Positions 1-35,844 of a DNA stretch of 64,000 nucleotides are shown one piece after another; position 1 is the first letter of the stretch; each line of letters starts with the position of its first letter. Both the position numbers and the translations under genes were made by a program. The stretch comes from Chrysomallon squamiferum (Eukaryota > Animalia > Mollusca). Where the stretch lies: positions 12,338,001 through 12,402,000 of the forward strand of contig CM022679.1 in NCBI GenBank assembly GCA_012295275.1, given 5' to 3'. The notes under the pieces were generated by a model. That model was not told the DNA's origin and made no database searches. It saw only the letters and a list, made by a program, of their open reading frames with translations.

Positions 1-77
1 CTAATTCTATCTATCTATCTTGCTCTCAAACACACACACCACTGTAGGCACATTCATATTTACATACACACACCCAA

Positions 78-109
<32 letters not shown>

Positions 110-161
110 ACACAGACACATACAAACACACACACACACACATATTCTCTACATCATCTAC

Positions 162-22528
<22,367 letters not shown>

Positions 22529-22936
22529 ACCTGACTTTTAAACAATATCTCTACGTAAAATATCCATTAACATGACACCGGTAAGAATGATTTAAACAGC
22601 ATGAATTAAACAGCTCGGTCCCCTCCACTACTGTTGTTTCTGTTTTACAAAACAAAGTCGAATTAACTGCGTACCGTTATACCTGAACACATGCAGCTTA
22701 TCCATACGTCTCTCGACAGAAGTTTCTTTCATAAGAAAAAGAAAGATATGTAAATAAAATAACACTATTTCCGTATTAACCGGTTTTCTAAAACCGTCTA
22801 AGATCACGCAGGAATTTTGTGTGAACTGCTTCGGAAATAATAGGCTAAATTGTTATGGAAAATACATATTTCTGAAAAGTTGCAACGTGTTAGGTGTGAA
22901 TATATATTTCAATTACGTGTGGTATCTTTCACACCC

Positions 22937-22979
<43 letters not shown>

Positions 22980-23124
22980 TGTCATTTATAATGGATTAAT
23001 AAAAATTCATAAGGTACAATGGAAATCTGATTTAATAATATGTTAATGGAAAACGCTTGTACGAGAATAAACAAACAATACAAAACACAAAGCAAAAAAA
23101 ACAACAACAGAACAACAAATAACA

Positions 23125-23182
<58 letters not shown>

Positions 23183-24144
23183 TATAATGTGTGTGTATGT
23201 GTAATTAAAAATTAAAATAATAAAATAATGGAATGAAAAAAAAAACACACGATTTAATAAATATATAAATAAATAAATAAATAATTAAGGAACTAATAAT
23301 AAGAATAACATTTTTAAAAAATTCTGAAGAAGTCATAGTTGCTGTAGTAGCAGTTTTAGTGTATATGATAAAATATACCATGGCCTTTGTTATACCAGTT
23401 GTGGAATAGCAGCTGGAACTACTACTACTACTATTACTACTACTACTACTACTGATGCTGCTGCTGCTGCTACTACTATTACTACCATTATTCCAGCTAG
23501 TTTTAATATTATTCCTATTATTACAGATGTTCTCGTTCTGCTTCTTCTTGTTGATTTTGCCATTATTTTAAATTTAAATTTTAGAGTAATAATTTTAATG
23601 GAAATGTCCTTACATCCTGAATTTAAACTTGTAAATGCTTAGGACATTATAAATACACGTACTTTCACTTACTATTTTTCAGACAAACCATATAACTTTG
23701 TTTTCTCACACCATTCAAACATTTCCTTCTGTGATAACTGCAGCAGATTCGATCTAGCTGTTAAAAGACTGCAAACACAAGCTCGTATTTACAAACGGGA
23801 CGTGGGAAGTGTTTGAGTTATTCTGAATGTAAATATATATAAATTTACCTGGTATCCACACGTTTGTTTTCTTCGGGTGGATAAAGAATTGTCGTGCCGA
23901 GCCACAGAATTTGTCAACATCCTAGTTCTAATTTAACTTGTCTTTCATACTCAACCCCATTTCAAAACCGTTATATTTAAAATAATGTTTGTGAAAAACG
24001 TGACCATTTTGCGCACACAGACACACACATATAGATGCATACATATATATATAATGATATATACATACACATTCAAATACATTTATATACATACATATGT
24101 GCACACGCACGCACACACACGCACACACACATACACATATATAG

Positions 24145-24183
<39 letters not shown>

Positions 24184-24359
24184 AATATATATATATATAC
24201 ACATGTGTGCCTATCTATGTACGAATATGTTTTTCATTGGTCTATATGTCTGCCTACCTATATTCCTGTATGGTATCAACGTAAGTTTAAAAGCTGATAA
24301 CTATAAAGCTCCCGTCTTTATTAATATTTCCTAAGCATAAGCTAAACTATAATGACTAG

Positions 24360-24367
24360 TGACGTCA
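24360..24367 (+). promoter_or_regulatory. Palindromic CRE TGACGTCA upstream of GIMAP (also 38067-38074 and 51690-51697)
   Basis: Exact CREB/ATF consensus. Confidence 0.3.
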
Positions 24368-24402
24368 TAAACGTTTTACGTCATTTGTTATTCCTGTTAC
24401 AG

Positions 24403-24451
24403 GTTTCCAAATCCTTGTTTCCAATGTTCATTTTTTACGGAATTGAGAAAG
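24403..24451 (+). other. Probable 5'UTR exon of GIMAP
   Basis: ttcctgttacag acceptor and AAAG|GTAAGC donor, kept in all three units; the ATG exon also has an upstream acceptor (tttcattttatctag). Confidence 0.5.
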
Positions 24452-24534
24452 GTAAGCCAGTTAAATCAATTAGCTGTATACTAAAGAAGACCCATTTGTC
24501 TGCATGATATCTTTTATACATTAAGTATGAATTT

Positions 24535-24626
<92 letters not shown>

Positions 24627-24728
24627 CCACACACACACACACAGACGCAGAGACAGACAGAGAGACAACCATCTCTTACAATAATTCATAAAATTTACTC
24701 AAAAAAATAAAATAAAATAAAATAAATA

Positions 24729-24782
<54 letters not shown>

Positions 24783-24944
24783 TAATTCCTATTCTTCAAC
24801 TTGAAAATAAATAGAGGCCAATTGTTGTTTATTTAATTTTAAGAATTTCCCAGATATAATATCAGCGGAAATTTAGCCAATTTCATAATTGATATTCAGG
24901 AAAAGTGTTTGTTTTCATTTTATCTAGAACAACAACTGATCGCC

Positions 24945-26826
24945 ATGGAGAACTCCAGTGATCCACATACTTCCAGTAAGAATTATTTATTTTAATTATC
25001 TATTTATTTAGTTTGTTAGTTAGTTATTTAGTTATTTATTTAGTTATTTTTGAGAGATACATAAATACATAGAAACTGATGAGATGATTAGTTTGTGTTT
25101 ACCAACCACTAATGCAGTTGTCTACATATTGATATTAGTTTACATTATCATTACACAGAAAAATTTCGTTTACCTCGTTTTTAAACAATTTCATGCAATT
25201 TCTCAAGGTAGCGATGAACCGAGAGATGTAAGAATAATCATAATTGGTAAGACAGGATCTGGTAAGAGCTCTATGGGTAACAGTATTCTGGGATGTAAGA
25301 AATTCGACAGCAGTCTGTTTGGCAGCAGCAAAACTGCTCAGTGTTCGTACGGATCACTTCTGATTGATCGCACAGTCGTGAGAGTCGTAGACACTCCTGG
25401 ATTCTTCTGCACTAACAAAAGTAAAGAAGAACTCACGAACGAAGTTACGAGAGGGATGCGACTTGTAGCGCCAGGACCCAATGCTTTTCTCTTCACTTTT
25501 CCCATCGGCAGTCGATGGACGGAAGAAGAAGAAGCCACACTCGAAAGAGCCTACGAACTGTTCGGAAAAGAAATGAAGAAGTTCTGCATTCTGGTGTTCA
25601 CAAAAAGCGACGAACTACGACTGAGTGGTTTGACCGAACGTCAGTATTTGTCAGAACAGAAGCAGATGAAAAATGTAATTAAAGAATTTGGTGAAAGGGT
25701 ATTATTTTTCGACAATCGCACCACCGTTGATCGTTTGAGGATTGCTCAGGTACATAAATTATTGGTCATGGTTATGGATATTTATCGCAAAAACGGCTTC
25801 TACACTTCTGAAACGTTTGCTACAGCGGAAGAGGAAATGCTGCGTTTAGATGAAGTATACCTGCAAAAATACGAAAAGGAGATAAGTAGTGAAAAGGCAA
25901 AAGCTAAAACAAACGAGGAACGTGATTTACTTGACAAGACTTGGAGGCAAAGAGCTCGTGAAAATTCCTGTCAGAACATTATAAGAGGTGTTGGCTTTTC
26001 GACGCCTGTAAAATTAGCCATTGCTGCTGGAGCAGTGGGGATTTTTGCTGCAGCTATTCTGCTGGGACCTAGACCCGCTGGATTAGCTTTTTTTGGAGTT
26101 AACATCGTGAGAAAGGTTTCAGAAACAGGGGCAAAAGGTGTTATGAATGTAGGTGTTGCATCAGCTAAATTTGCAGGTAATGCTCTTGCTGTAACGGGAA
26201 AATCTGTGGTAATGGCGGGTGCAGCGACAGGGAAAGCTATTGTAAGGGTTGGTGCTGCAACTGGGCAAGCTATTGCTAGGGCGGACCCCGACACCGTAGA
26301 CGTCATTGTAAGAAGAGGTGTTCGTGTAGTGAAGACGTTTCTGACTTCGGATGTCGATCGTGAATCAGAGGATCGCAGGAAAATATCTGACGACGAAGGA
26401 TCAAGGGCAAAGCTTGCTATAACGGAGACCGGTTATTCAGAGAGGTCTGGGTCAGTATCTGATACACAAGGCAGTGAACGTCGAGACAATGTGCAGACAA
26501 CATCTAATGGAAGAAACACACAAAACAAAAACAAAGAAATCACGACGGAAATTGCAACGACGTCTGGTTATGCCACAAATACTGAACATCGAGGCTTGCA
26601 GACAGAGTCTGAAGTAAACAGCAAACAAGACGACGATAATGAACCTACTCTGGGACTGGCAGATGTACACGTTCCTGTAAAGTCTTCTGATTCTTCTTTG
26701 GATTTAGATATTTCGCAGTGGCCAGAAGAGTCTAAAAAAACGTCATCAAATGAAAGTAAAAGACATAACGAAAACAAAGACAAGTCGCTGATGCTGCAGC
26801 CGTTACGGCCGACCCAGCAACGTTAA
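24945..26826 (+). CDS. GIMAP: GIMAP/AIG1-family GTPase copy 1 (exons 24945-24975 and 25208-26826; 549 aa)
   Basis: GCCATGG start and phase-1 intron GTAAG...AAG. G1 GKTGSGKS, G3 DTPG, conserved box PGPNAFLF, G4 TKSD, G5 FDN, followed by a helical region and a hydrophobic segment. Confidence 0.92.
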
Positions 26827-27514
26827 TTATACATCTGTGTCTACCACAACGTTCAAAAAGTATCAGACAATTACAAGGGAAAATAACAGAGCAAAAAAAA
26901 AAAAAATGTATATATAACTTTTCACAGAACGAAAAAAGTAAAAAGTATTAATTTTGTTTTCCTAATATCAAGTTATTATTTCACTTTTATATAATGCAAA
27001 TCACTATTTGAAATATTGTTCCGGTTCTATCTCTTTAAGTATTTGTACTATTTATAATTCTTTCTATACTATCTGAAATGGTTTGATGTAAATATGTTTA
27101 CTTAGCTTGCAGTATTTTATAGGGTTTTTTAAAAAAAATTATTTTATTTTATTATTATTATTATTATTTTTTTTTTTAATAGAAGATTGTTATTTAGAAG
27201 TATAATAGAAATAAACAGATTTATAATTTTTTAAAACTGCGTTCAGGGGTATTTGTTTGTTAGACACAGTCTATATGCTGAAATTACTGATAATATATAC
27301 AAAAAAAAGGTTTAGATTTTGATAAAGATTGTACAAAAGTAGTGATAAAACTAGGATAAGACAAAATAGAAAAGAAGAAGAAAAATAAATATACAACTGA
27401 AAATTAATATTAAAATTATATCACCAGTATTAACTTATTAACACATCTATTGCATTCATATTATTTGTTTGTTTACATGTTGGTTTGTTGGATGGCTGGT
27501 TGCTTTATTTTATT

Positions 27515-27610
<96 letters not shown>

Positions 27611-28083
27611 TTGACCATTTTTCCAGATTAAAATTAAATTTATAATAATTAAGAGTACGCAGTACACACAAATTAATCTTTATGTTCTTGAAGATGAATC
27701 TTTCAAAAGATATTGGTTTAAAGGAACATTGCACGTTAACCTATTTTCTGATCAAAGAAAGCAGGAACTGTGACCGCTTATAATAGATAGCCTGGTCGAA
27801 GGGGAGATAATCAATAAAAATGTGAAATGTGGCATATTATAAAACATGGTTATCTTTAAGTAAACAAAGAGTTAAAATAAATCCAGAAATACATTTGACA
27901 GAAAATCTCTTTAATTTATAGCAGAATTGTTTGCAGTATATAATTTCTTAAGCAGGTCTGTGTAAAACAAAATTTAAAATAAGAGAAACAGCCAAAAGCG
28001 AATTGTATGTATCGTGTGAATTACGAAGGTAGAAGACAACATGATTATAGAAAAATATACCTCAAAAGAGAATATATACAAAT

Positions 28084-28159
<76 letters not shown>

Positions 28160-28837
28160 TTCATCGCATATCAACAACATTTTATTATTAAAGTTAATAT
28201 TGATACATGTCATTACTAGCTAGCATAAATGTCTCATTTATAATAACCAAATTTACTAAAACATCGATCAAACTGAAACGTACCAGCTTCAAAATATTCC
28301 CATTAAATAATTATATGTACAAGTGTATGTGTGCGATCTTTTGAAATGGTTAATATATAAATATAATATTATATTTCCATTAGTTCTATGATCTGATTAA
28401 CATACATATAAAAATCAGTGCTGAGGGAAAAATTATGGTTGAAATCTGATTAATCCATCTAAGTAATTAAGGTATTATGTTACACTTTGAAATCTAATTA
28501 ATATATATATAATATAAGGATACAAACGTATATTATTACATATAGTGTCAGTGATTGTGTGCGAGCGTGTGTATGTATGTGTGTTTGTGTATGTCTTTGT
28601 GTGTGTTTGTGTTTCTAGATATAGAGTTAAGCTTCCATTTAACAGACTAAAACATATGTGGTGTGTGTGTGTGTGTATTATGTATGTATGTATATATACA
28701 CACACATTTATACGAAGTAAAATTATTTAGTCTTTTGTCACATATGTAAAAAGATCAGTCGTAAATAAACAGCAGAACGTTTCTGTTCACAGTGTTTAAG
28801 TCTCGGTTCAGCAGTTCCAGTATCTGACATGTTTTAC

Positions 28838-30871
28838 TTAAGGAATGTGAAATAGCTTGATACTAGCATTTCCGAAGGAGAGCATATTTGAAACAGCCAT
28901 CGTATTTCCTTTTACTGATATACAACACGGCGATTTAATACCAGCCTCGGAATTTAAAATTTCATCCACCGTTTCATGACCTATATCGACTCTGAGGATG
29001 TTGTTCATCTTAGAGTCAGCTACGTAAACGAGGCCGTTGACATGACATGCGATGGTGCACGAATCCGACATTCTGTCCAGGCTGATGGACTTGTTGTATT
29101 TTGTATCACAGTTGAATACAACAAGTTTCTTCGCGATGTTGTCGAATACTATAATTTCCCCATCAGGACCTACAGTAATAGAAGCAGCATTCTGGAATGT
29201 ACCATCTGCATTTTTGGCTTTTCCACTGATATTGAAAGGTCTTCGCCACTGAGCATCAAATCCAGTTACTGTGTTCTTCTCTGCATCTGAAATGATGATT
29301 TCTTCTTTCGAATTGAATACTATGGCCTGAATGCAAGACTTGGATCTGCTGTAGCTGTGTCTGTGAGTCAAACAAGTGGCTTCTCTCTCGGGCTGCAGAT
29401 CGTGAAGGGACAGAATATTCAGATTATCATCTTCTTTCAGTGCTACTCCGCATTTATCTTTAGCGGAAACGGCAAAAGCTGAAATATTTCTTCGTCTATG
29501 GTAAATAACCTGCTGGTCGTCTGTTGATCGGCTGAGAACTACTTGTCCCAAACCATGAGCATTGAAGGCGCATATGACGACTCCGTCTCTCGTTGTTCCA
29601 ACTCCAACCATGGTTAAAGTAGTTCCATCTATTGCACTTGTTACGAGATGCTCCGCTACCTCTTGCGGTGTTGATCTGTAAACCTCTTTGATTCGTGTAA
29701 CTGAAATTTCGCTGTTGTTTGAGGATGCTTCTTCACTGTCAGATAAATCGTCTGCGTAGGGAATCGGTCCACGGTCATCGTTGTTGTAATCAGGAATGGT
29801 TAGGCGAGGATTGATGGACCCGACTGGCAACCAGTCTGAAGCTTTTTGGAAACAGTAATCGTCCAGTCGAATGGATTCGTGAAATACGCAATTATTTGCT
29901 GATAACTTCTTACGTTCTCGCAGTCGTTTCACCAGACTGTCGCCAGACGCCTGGAAAAGATTGCCATTTCTAAGAGACGACAGAGTCTCTCTAGCCTCAT
30001 TAAGAGAAACAGCCACGGCCTCAAACTTGAACTTGGTTGAAGCTTTAGTATCTTTCAAGTGTCTCATATTTTGATCATGTCGATAACTTAACTGATTTAA
30101 AGTTTCTTCTTCAGATTTGGATATCCATTTACGATAGGCCTCTGCTTGTTCTTTAATCTTACTCTTTTCTGCATGATATTTGTTTTTTTCTTTATCCAAA
30201 AGCGAGTCAATTTCAGATAAAAAGCCCCGGACACGTCCATGATTTTCTTCAAGTTTTTTAATGCGGTCATTTGTTTCCTTAATGAAGGAGTCACTGGCTT
30301 CTTCGGCAGGTACAACTTTATGAGATGTTTTGTTAGCGTGGTGTTTGGTTGCACACAGAGGACACGTGGGTTCTAAACACTTTGTACAAAAATGTGAAAC
30401 GCGTTGGTTCTGATGAATAGGACATTTTATGGTGTTTGCCTTCCTCACAACTGAAGAGATGACGTGACTGGGAAATAAAACGCCGTGTACCTTCGCACAT
30501 TCTTGGCACAAGTCCGCACAACACTGACCGCACCGTCTTGCCTCAGTGATTGTTTTCTCGCAAACATCACAGCAAAATTTTTTCAGCATAAGTTCCACTT
30601 CGTAAAAAGCTGTTTTAGCCTGATTGGCCATAAAGACAGGAGGGTATTCTTGCACTCCTAATTTTGGAACGTCACAGACTTTAGAACAAACAGGACATGT
30701 CAGTGTCGTAGATCTTGACGCGAATGCGATCTGGAATTTGTGTTGTAGAGGTACAATGCATTGCAGGCAAAATGTGTGTCCACAAGGAATCAGTTTTGGT
30801 TCTTTGAATTCCTGTTTACAGACTGGACAGTGTCGTAAATCATCAAAATGCTTTAGGATATTTCTAGACAT
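28838..30871 (-). CDS. TRIM E3 ubiquitin ligase copy 1 (RING-Bbox1-Bbox2-CC-NHL-like propeller), 677 aa, single coding exon
   Basis: C3HC4 RING CPVC...CGHTFCLQC...CPVC, two B-boxes, coiled coil, NHL-like repeats. In-frame TAG just upstream of the ATG; 5'UTR acceptor at 30942. Confidence 0.93.
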   Translation of the reverse strand: MSRNILKHFDDLRHCPVCKQEFKEPKLIPCGHTFCLQCIVPLQHKFQIAFASRSTTLTCPVCSKVCDVPKLGVQEYPPVFMANQAKTAFYEVELMLKKFCCDVCEKTITEARRCGQCCADLCQECAKVHGVLFPSHVISSVVRKANTIKCPIHQNQRVSHFCTKCLEPTCPLCATKHHANKTSHKVVPAEEASDSFIKETNDRIKKLEENHGRVRGFLSEIDSLLDKEKNKYHAEKSKIKEQAEAYRKWISKSEEETLNQLSYRHDQNMRHLKDTKASTKFKFEAVAVSLNEARETLSSLRNGNLFQASGDSLVKRLRERKKLSANNCVFHESIRLDDYCFQKASDWLPVGSINPRLTIPDYNNDDRGPIPYADDLSDSEEASSNNSEISVTRIKEVYRSTPQEVAEHLVTSAIDGTTLTMVGVGTTRDGVVICAFNAHGLGQVVLSRSTDDQQVIYHRRRNISAFAVSAKDKCGVALKEDDNLNILSLHDLQPEREATCLTHRHSYSRSKSCIQAIVFNSKEEIIISDAEKNTVTGFDAQWRRPFNISGKAKNADGTFQNAASITVGPDGEIIVFDNIAKKLVVFNCDTKYNKSISLDRMSDSCTIACHVNGLVYVADSKMNNILRVDIGHETVDEILNSEAGIKSPCCISVKGNTMAVSNMLSFGNASIKLFHIP

Positions 30872-30960
30872 CTTCTATTTCTTCCACTATTTCGTTAACC
30901 AGTTTCTAAACTATTCTGAATATGTTTCCAGTGTCACAACTCTGAAAAATATAATGAATG

Positions 30961-30994
<34 letters not shown>

Positions 30995-31259
30995 CTGTGT
31001 AAAGGTGCATGGTCTCGAACGAAATAAATACATACATGAATACATGCATACATGAATACAGGCCAAAACTAGCTCAATCTACTGTCGGTGATGGTTAAAT
31101 GGAAGGTTAACTCTATACGTAGAGACACAAACACACACACACACTGTGACACACACAGACACACACACACATATATATTTTGTTAAAGATATATATATCT
31201 ACATACATATATAAATGAATGCATGAATACATCAAAACATCCATCCAGCCATCCACACA

Positions 31260-31787
31260 TATTAAAAGCTTTTGTTAGAGAAATTCTTATTTACAATGAT
31301 GCAGTCATTATACTAGATGACCTAGATCTGAGACAATCTTCGTTTTGCATCGCTATTAATTCTGATCGTCCTGCGGTGAAACAGGATCGACAGAATCCAT
31401 AGAAAATAATGAAAATAATTGTGTTTCTTTGTTTTCTTTATAAAACAACTTAAAACCGGAAAAATCGCAACACAAATCGACAAACAGAAATTAACTTTTG
31501 GGAAATATCTGCGCATTCGTTGGGGATGCAATATGTCGTGACTCTGTAATAAACGATTTTTAAAAATAGCCCTGTTATATCTTACAAAGAAGTGTATCAT
31601 GTTACGATGAAAGATAAAGTTATGAAAAGAAGATCCGGTTGTAGATAGATATATAATGCACAAAACATGCACATACAATACAGCTTGCATTACACACACA
31701 TACACACACATAAACACATAAATACATACATCCGTACATACATATATCTCTCTCTCTCTCTCTGTGTGTGTATATATATATATATAT

Positions 31788-31876
<89 letters not shown>

Positions 31877-32890
31877 TGTGTGTGTGTGTATGTGTGGGTG
31901 TGCTTGGTAAGAGTGTGCGCAAAAGATCTTTATCAGCTAAATCAGTCAAAGTTTAATAGTTTTAAATAAGTCTGATGTATTATTATTACTATCTAAAGTA
32001 CCACCTTCAATATTTAACAGAGTATGTATATGTGTGATCCTGTGAAATAACTGCATACGTAGAAACACACACACACACACACACATACATATATATATAT
32101 ACATACATACATATACACCTAGATATATAAATACATACATGAATGCATGTATAAATACATACATACATACATATAAACAGAGAGAGAAAGAGAAAGAGAG
32201 TATATATGTGTGTGCTTGGTAAGAGCGTGTGTTAAAGATCTTTCACAGCAAAATCAGTCAAAGTTTAATAGTTTTAAATAAGTCTGACGTATGATTATTA
32301 TTATCTAAAGTACCACCTTCAGAATTTAACAGAGCATGTATATGTGTGATCCTGTGAAATGACTGTATACGTAGAAACACACACACTCTCACACACATAC
32401 ACACATACATACATACATATACATACATATATGAGACAATCTTCGTTTTGCATCGCTATTAATTCTGATCGTCCTGCGGTGAAACAGGGTCGACAGAATC
32501 CATAGAAAATAATGAAAATAATTGTGTTTCTTTGTTTTCTTTATAAAACAAAATAAAACCGGAAAAATTGCAACACAAATCGACAAACAGAAATTAGCTT
32601 TCGGGGAATATCCGAATGTACTGCGCATTCGTTGGGGATGCAATATGTCGTGACTGTGTAATAAACGACTTTTAAAAATAGCTCAATAACATCTTACTAA
32701 GCAGTTTTATCTATGTGAAGTGTATCATGTGACGATAAAAGATAAGATTATGAAAAGAAGACCCGGCTGTAGATAGATATATAATGCAAAAACACACACA
32801 TAAAATACAGCTCGCATTACACACACACAGACACACACACACACACATACATACAAACATACATATATCTATCTCTCTCTGTGTGAATAT

Positions 32891-32974
<84 letters not shown>

Positions 32975-34460
32975 TGTGTGTGTGTGTGTGTGCTCGGTGT
33001 GTGTGTGTTAAAGATCTTTCACAGCTAAATGAGTCAAAGTTTAATAGTTTTATTATTTATTATTATCACTATCTAAAGTACCACCTTCAGAATTTAACAG
33101 AGAATGTATATGTGTGATCCTGTGAAATGACTGTATATGTACAAACACACACAGATATACATACATTATATATACATACATACATATACACATAGATAGA
33201 TAAATGCATGCATGCATATACCAATACATCAATGTTACAAAAATCTAGCATTATAATGGATGACCTATATAGGAGACACATATGCATGAATCCATGCACA
33301 TATACACACATAGATCAATATTTACATAGAAATATGCGAACAAACACGCCTACAAACATATACGTACCTACATATTTGCATACAAACCTATCCACTCGAC
33401 CTTTCATGTAATGAATCCCTATTAAAAATATTCTCGAATCTAGGGAAATTCCACCCGTAAGTTAGCGAAACGCGCCATGTGTGGATTTATCTTTAGATAT
33501 AAAACATTGTTCTTATTGTTTGTGCTTTGTCAGGTCCACTGTATGATCAGGGCAAAACAAACATACATACATTCATATACATACATACATACATACATAC
33601 ATACATACATAAATACATGCATTCCAACATCCACCCATACATATAACGGTAACATCAGCCGCCTTCGCAGTGCGGGCGAATAGGTGCCGGGTTTGTGACG
33701 TTGTGTTTAGACTCGAATATTATCTATGTGCAGAATCTATTCAGACGTACATAAGACAGAGAATAAGAAAAAATACTAAACCACATGCATTCATATATAT
33801 ATATATATATATATACCCACATAGATGCATAAATGCATGCATGTATGCCTACATCAATCCATTCATTCATCCGCCCTCACATATTAAAAGTTTTTGTTAA
33901 AGATAATATTACTTACAAATTACTGCCACTATACTGGATGACCTACGTAGGAGAAAATCTTCGTTTTGCATCGGTGTTAATTCTGATCGTTCTATGGTGA
34001 AGCGGGACTGACAGAATCCAGAGAAGATAATCAAAATGATTATATTGTTACTTTGTTTTCTTTATAAAATATATCTAATCCACAAAACCCCAGCTAAAAA
34101 AAACTGTTGCTGGGAATATCCGAATGTTCTGCGCATGCGTTGGGTATGAAAAAAATGTTGCTGGGAATATCCGAATGTTCTGCGCATGCGTTGGGTATGA
34201 AAAGAAAATGGACTTATATATATATAAAGATCTTTCACAGCTAAATCAGTAAAATTTTAATAGTTAAATAAGTCTTACGTATTATTATTACTATCTAGTA
34301 TAAATGTCTGATTTATAATTAGATACCAATAGAGAAGCACCACCTTCAGAAGTTAACAGAGCTTGTATATGTGTGATCCTGTGATATTGTATATTCGTAA
34401 AAACACACACACACTTACATACACACACATACACATTCACAGACACACACACACACACAC

Positions 34461-34522
<62 letters not shown>

Positions 34523-35065
34523 GATACATACATATACACGTAGATATATAAATGCTTGCATTCATATATCAATACATCATCCTTCCAAGCTTATTGAAAT
34601 CTACCATTATATCGGATGACCTGCATAGGAGACATACATGCTTGAATATATGCATATATACTCAGATAGATCAATATTTACATAGAAATATATTCGTACA
34701 AACATATACGTACCTACATACTTACATACCAAAATGTCCACTCGACCCCCTAATAGAAATATAAAAATATTCTGGAATCTAGCGAAATTCCGCGCAATGT
34801 GTGGATTTATCTCTAGATAAATAACATTATTCTTATTTTGTGTGCACTGTCAGTGGCGCCATTGTACTATAAGAGCAAAATAAGCTTAATCAGGATTAGT
34901 AAAAACTGTTAAAAGTTAAAATAAATTTAGTTCTGTACATTATTAGTATTAATATTTGTGCTATTTCTAACAAAGATGCGTACTTTTGATTTTTCGGACA
35001 ATTTTCCCCTCCTTTGTAGTCTGTTAAATGGATGCTTGTCTGTACGTAGACAAACACAGACACAG

Positions 35066-35111
<46 letters not shown>

Positions 35112-35645
35112 ATACACACACACAAAACACACACACATACTTAGATACACATATACACAAACATATAAACAGATATAAATGAATGCATGCATACACCAAA
35201 ACTTCCATCTATCCGTTCATGCATATTAAAAGCTAATGTTACTTACAAAAATGCGGATATTATATTGGACGACCTTCACTGGAGACAATCTTCTTTTTGC
35301 ATCGCCATCCGTTAATTCTTATCGTTTTGTGGTGACAGAATCCACAGAAAATAATGAAAACATTTGTGTTACTGACTTTGTGTTCTTTATAAAACAAAAG
35401 AAACACCGGACAAATAATCAAACAGAGCGTTGCTGTTGGGGAATACCCGAATATTCCACGCATGCGTTGGGTATACCTCACGTCGTGTTGATGTAACTAA
35501 TGATTTTTAAAAATAGCATGTTGCGAAACTGGTTTATCTAAAAGTGCTCGTATTCATGTTACGATAAAAATAATGGTATGAAAACAAGATGGATTTGGTC
35601 GATCGAAAACCTGTTGCAGAGACATATAATACAGAAAGATACACA

Positions 35646-35650
<5 letters not shown>
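31260..35650. repeat. Nested ~0.4 kb and ~0.15 kb modules separated by microsatellites, upstream of TRIM (also 44860-48720 and 58680-62990)
   Basis: Recurring gagacaatcttcgttttgcatcg...gaatatccgaatg..tgcgcat and aaagatctttcacagctaaatcagtcaaag blocks. Confidence 0.85.
33443..33452 (+). promoter_or_regulatory. NF-kB consensus site GGGAAATTCC upstream of TRIM (also 47749-47758 and 60831-60840)
   Basis: Exact GGGRNWYYCC match in all three units. Confidence 0.4.
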
Positions 35651-35702
<52 letters not shown>

Positions 35703-35779
35703 GTATAATCTGTGAATATGGGTGTGTTTGTGTATATATATATACTGACATACACGCATACAGAGACAGAGAAAGAGAC

Positions 35780-35844
<65 letters not shown>

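Noticed and set aside
25084-25207. Hydrophobic N-terminal extension of the 580-aa GIMAP ORF (looks like a signal or TM segment)
   Set aside because: It lies in the intron between the 31-nt ATG exon and the main exon, and it is closed by stops in copies 2 and 3.
25338-31055. Antisense and alternate-frame ORFs overlapping GIMAP and TRIM, repeated in each unit
   Set aside because: Shadows of the real CDSs; their recurrence only reflects the duplication.
31260-35650. Repeat-spacer-like pattern suggestive of a CRISPR array
   Set aside because: Eukaryotic context, repeats are 150-400 bp and degenerate, spacers are microsatellites, and no cas genes are present.
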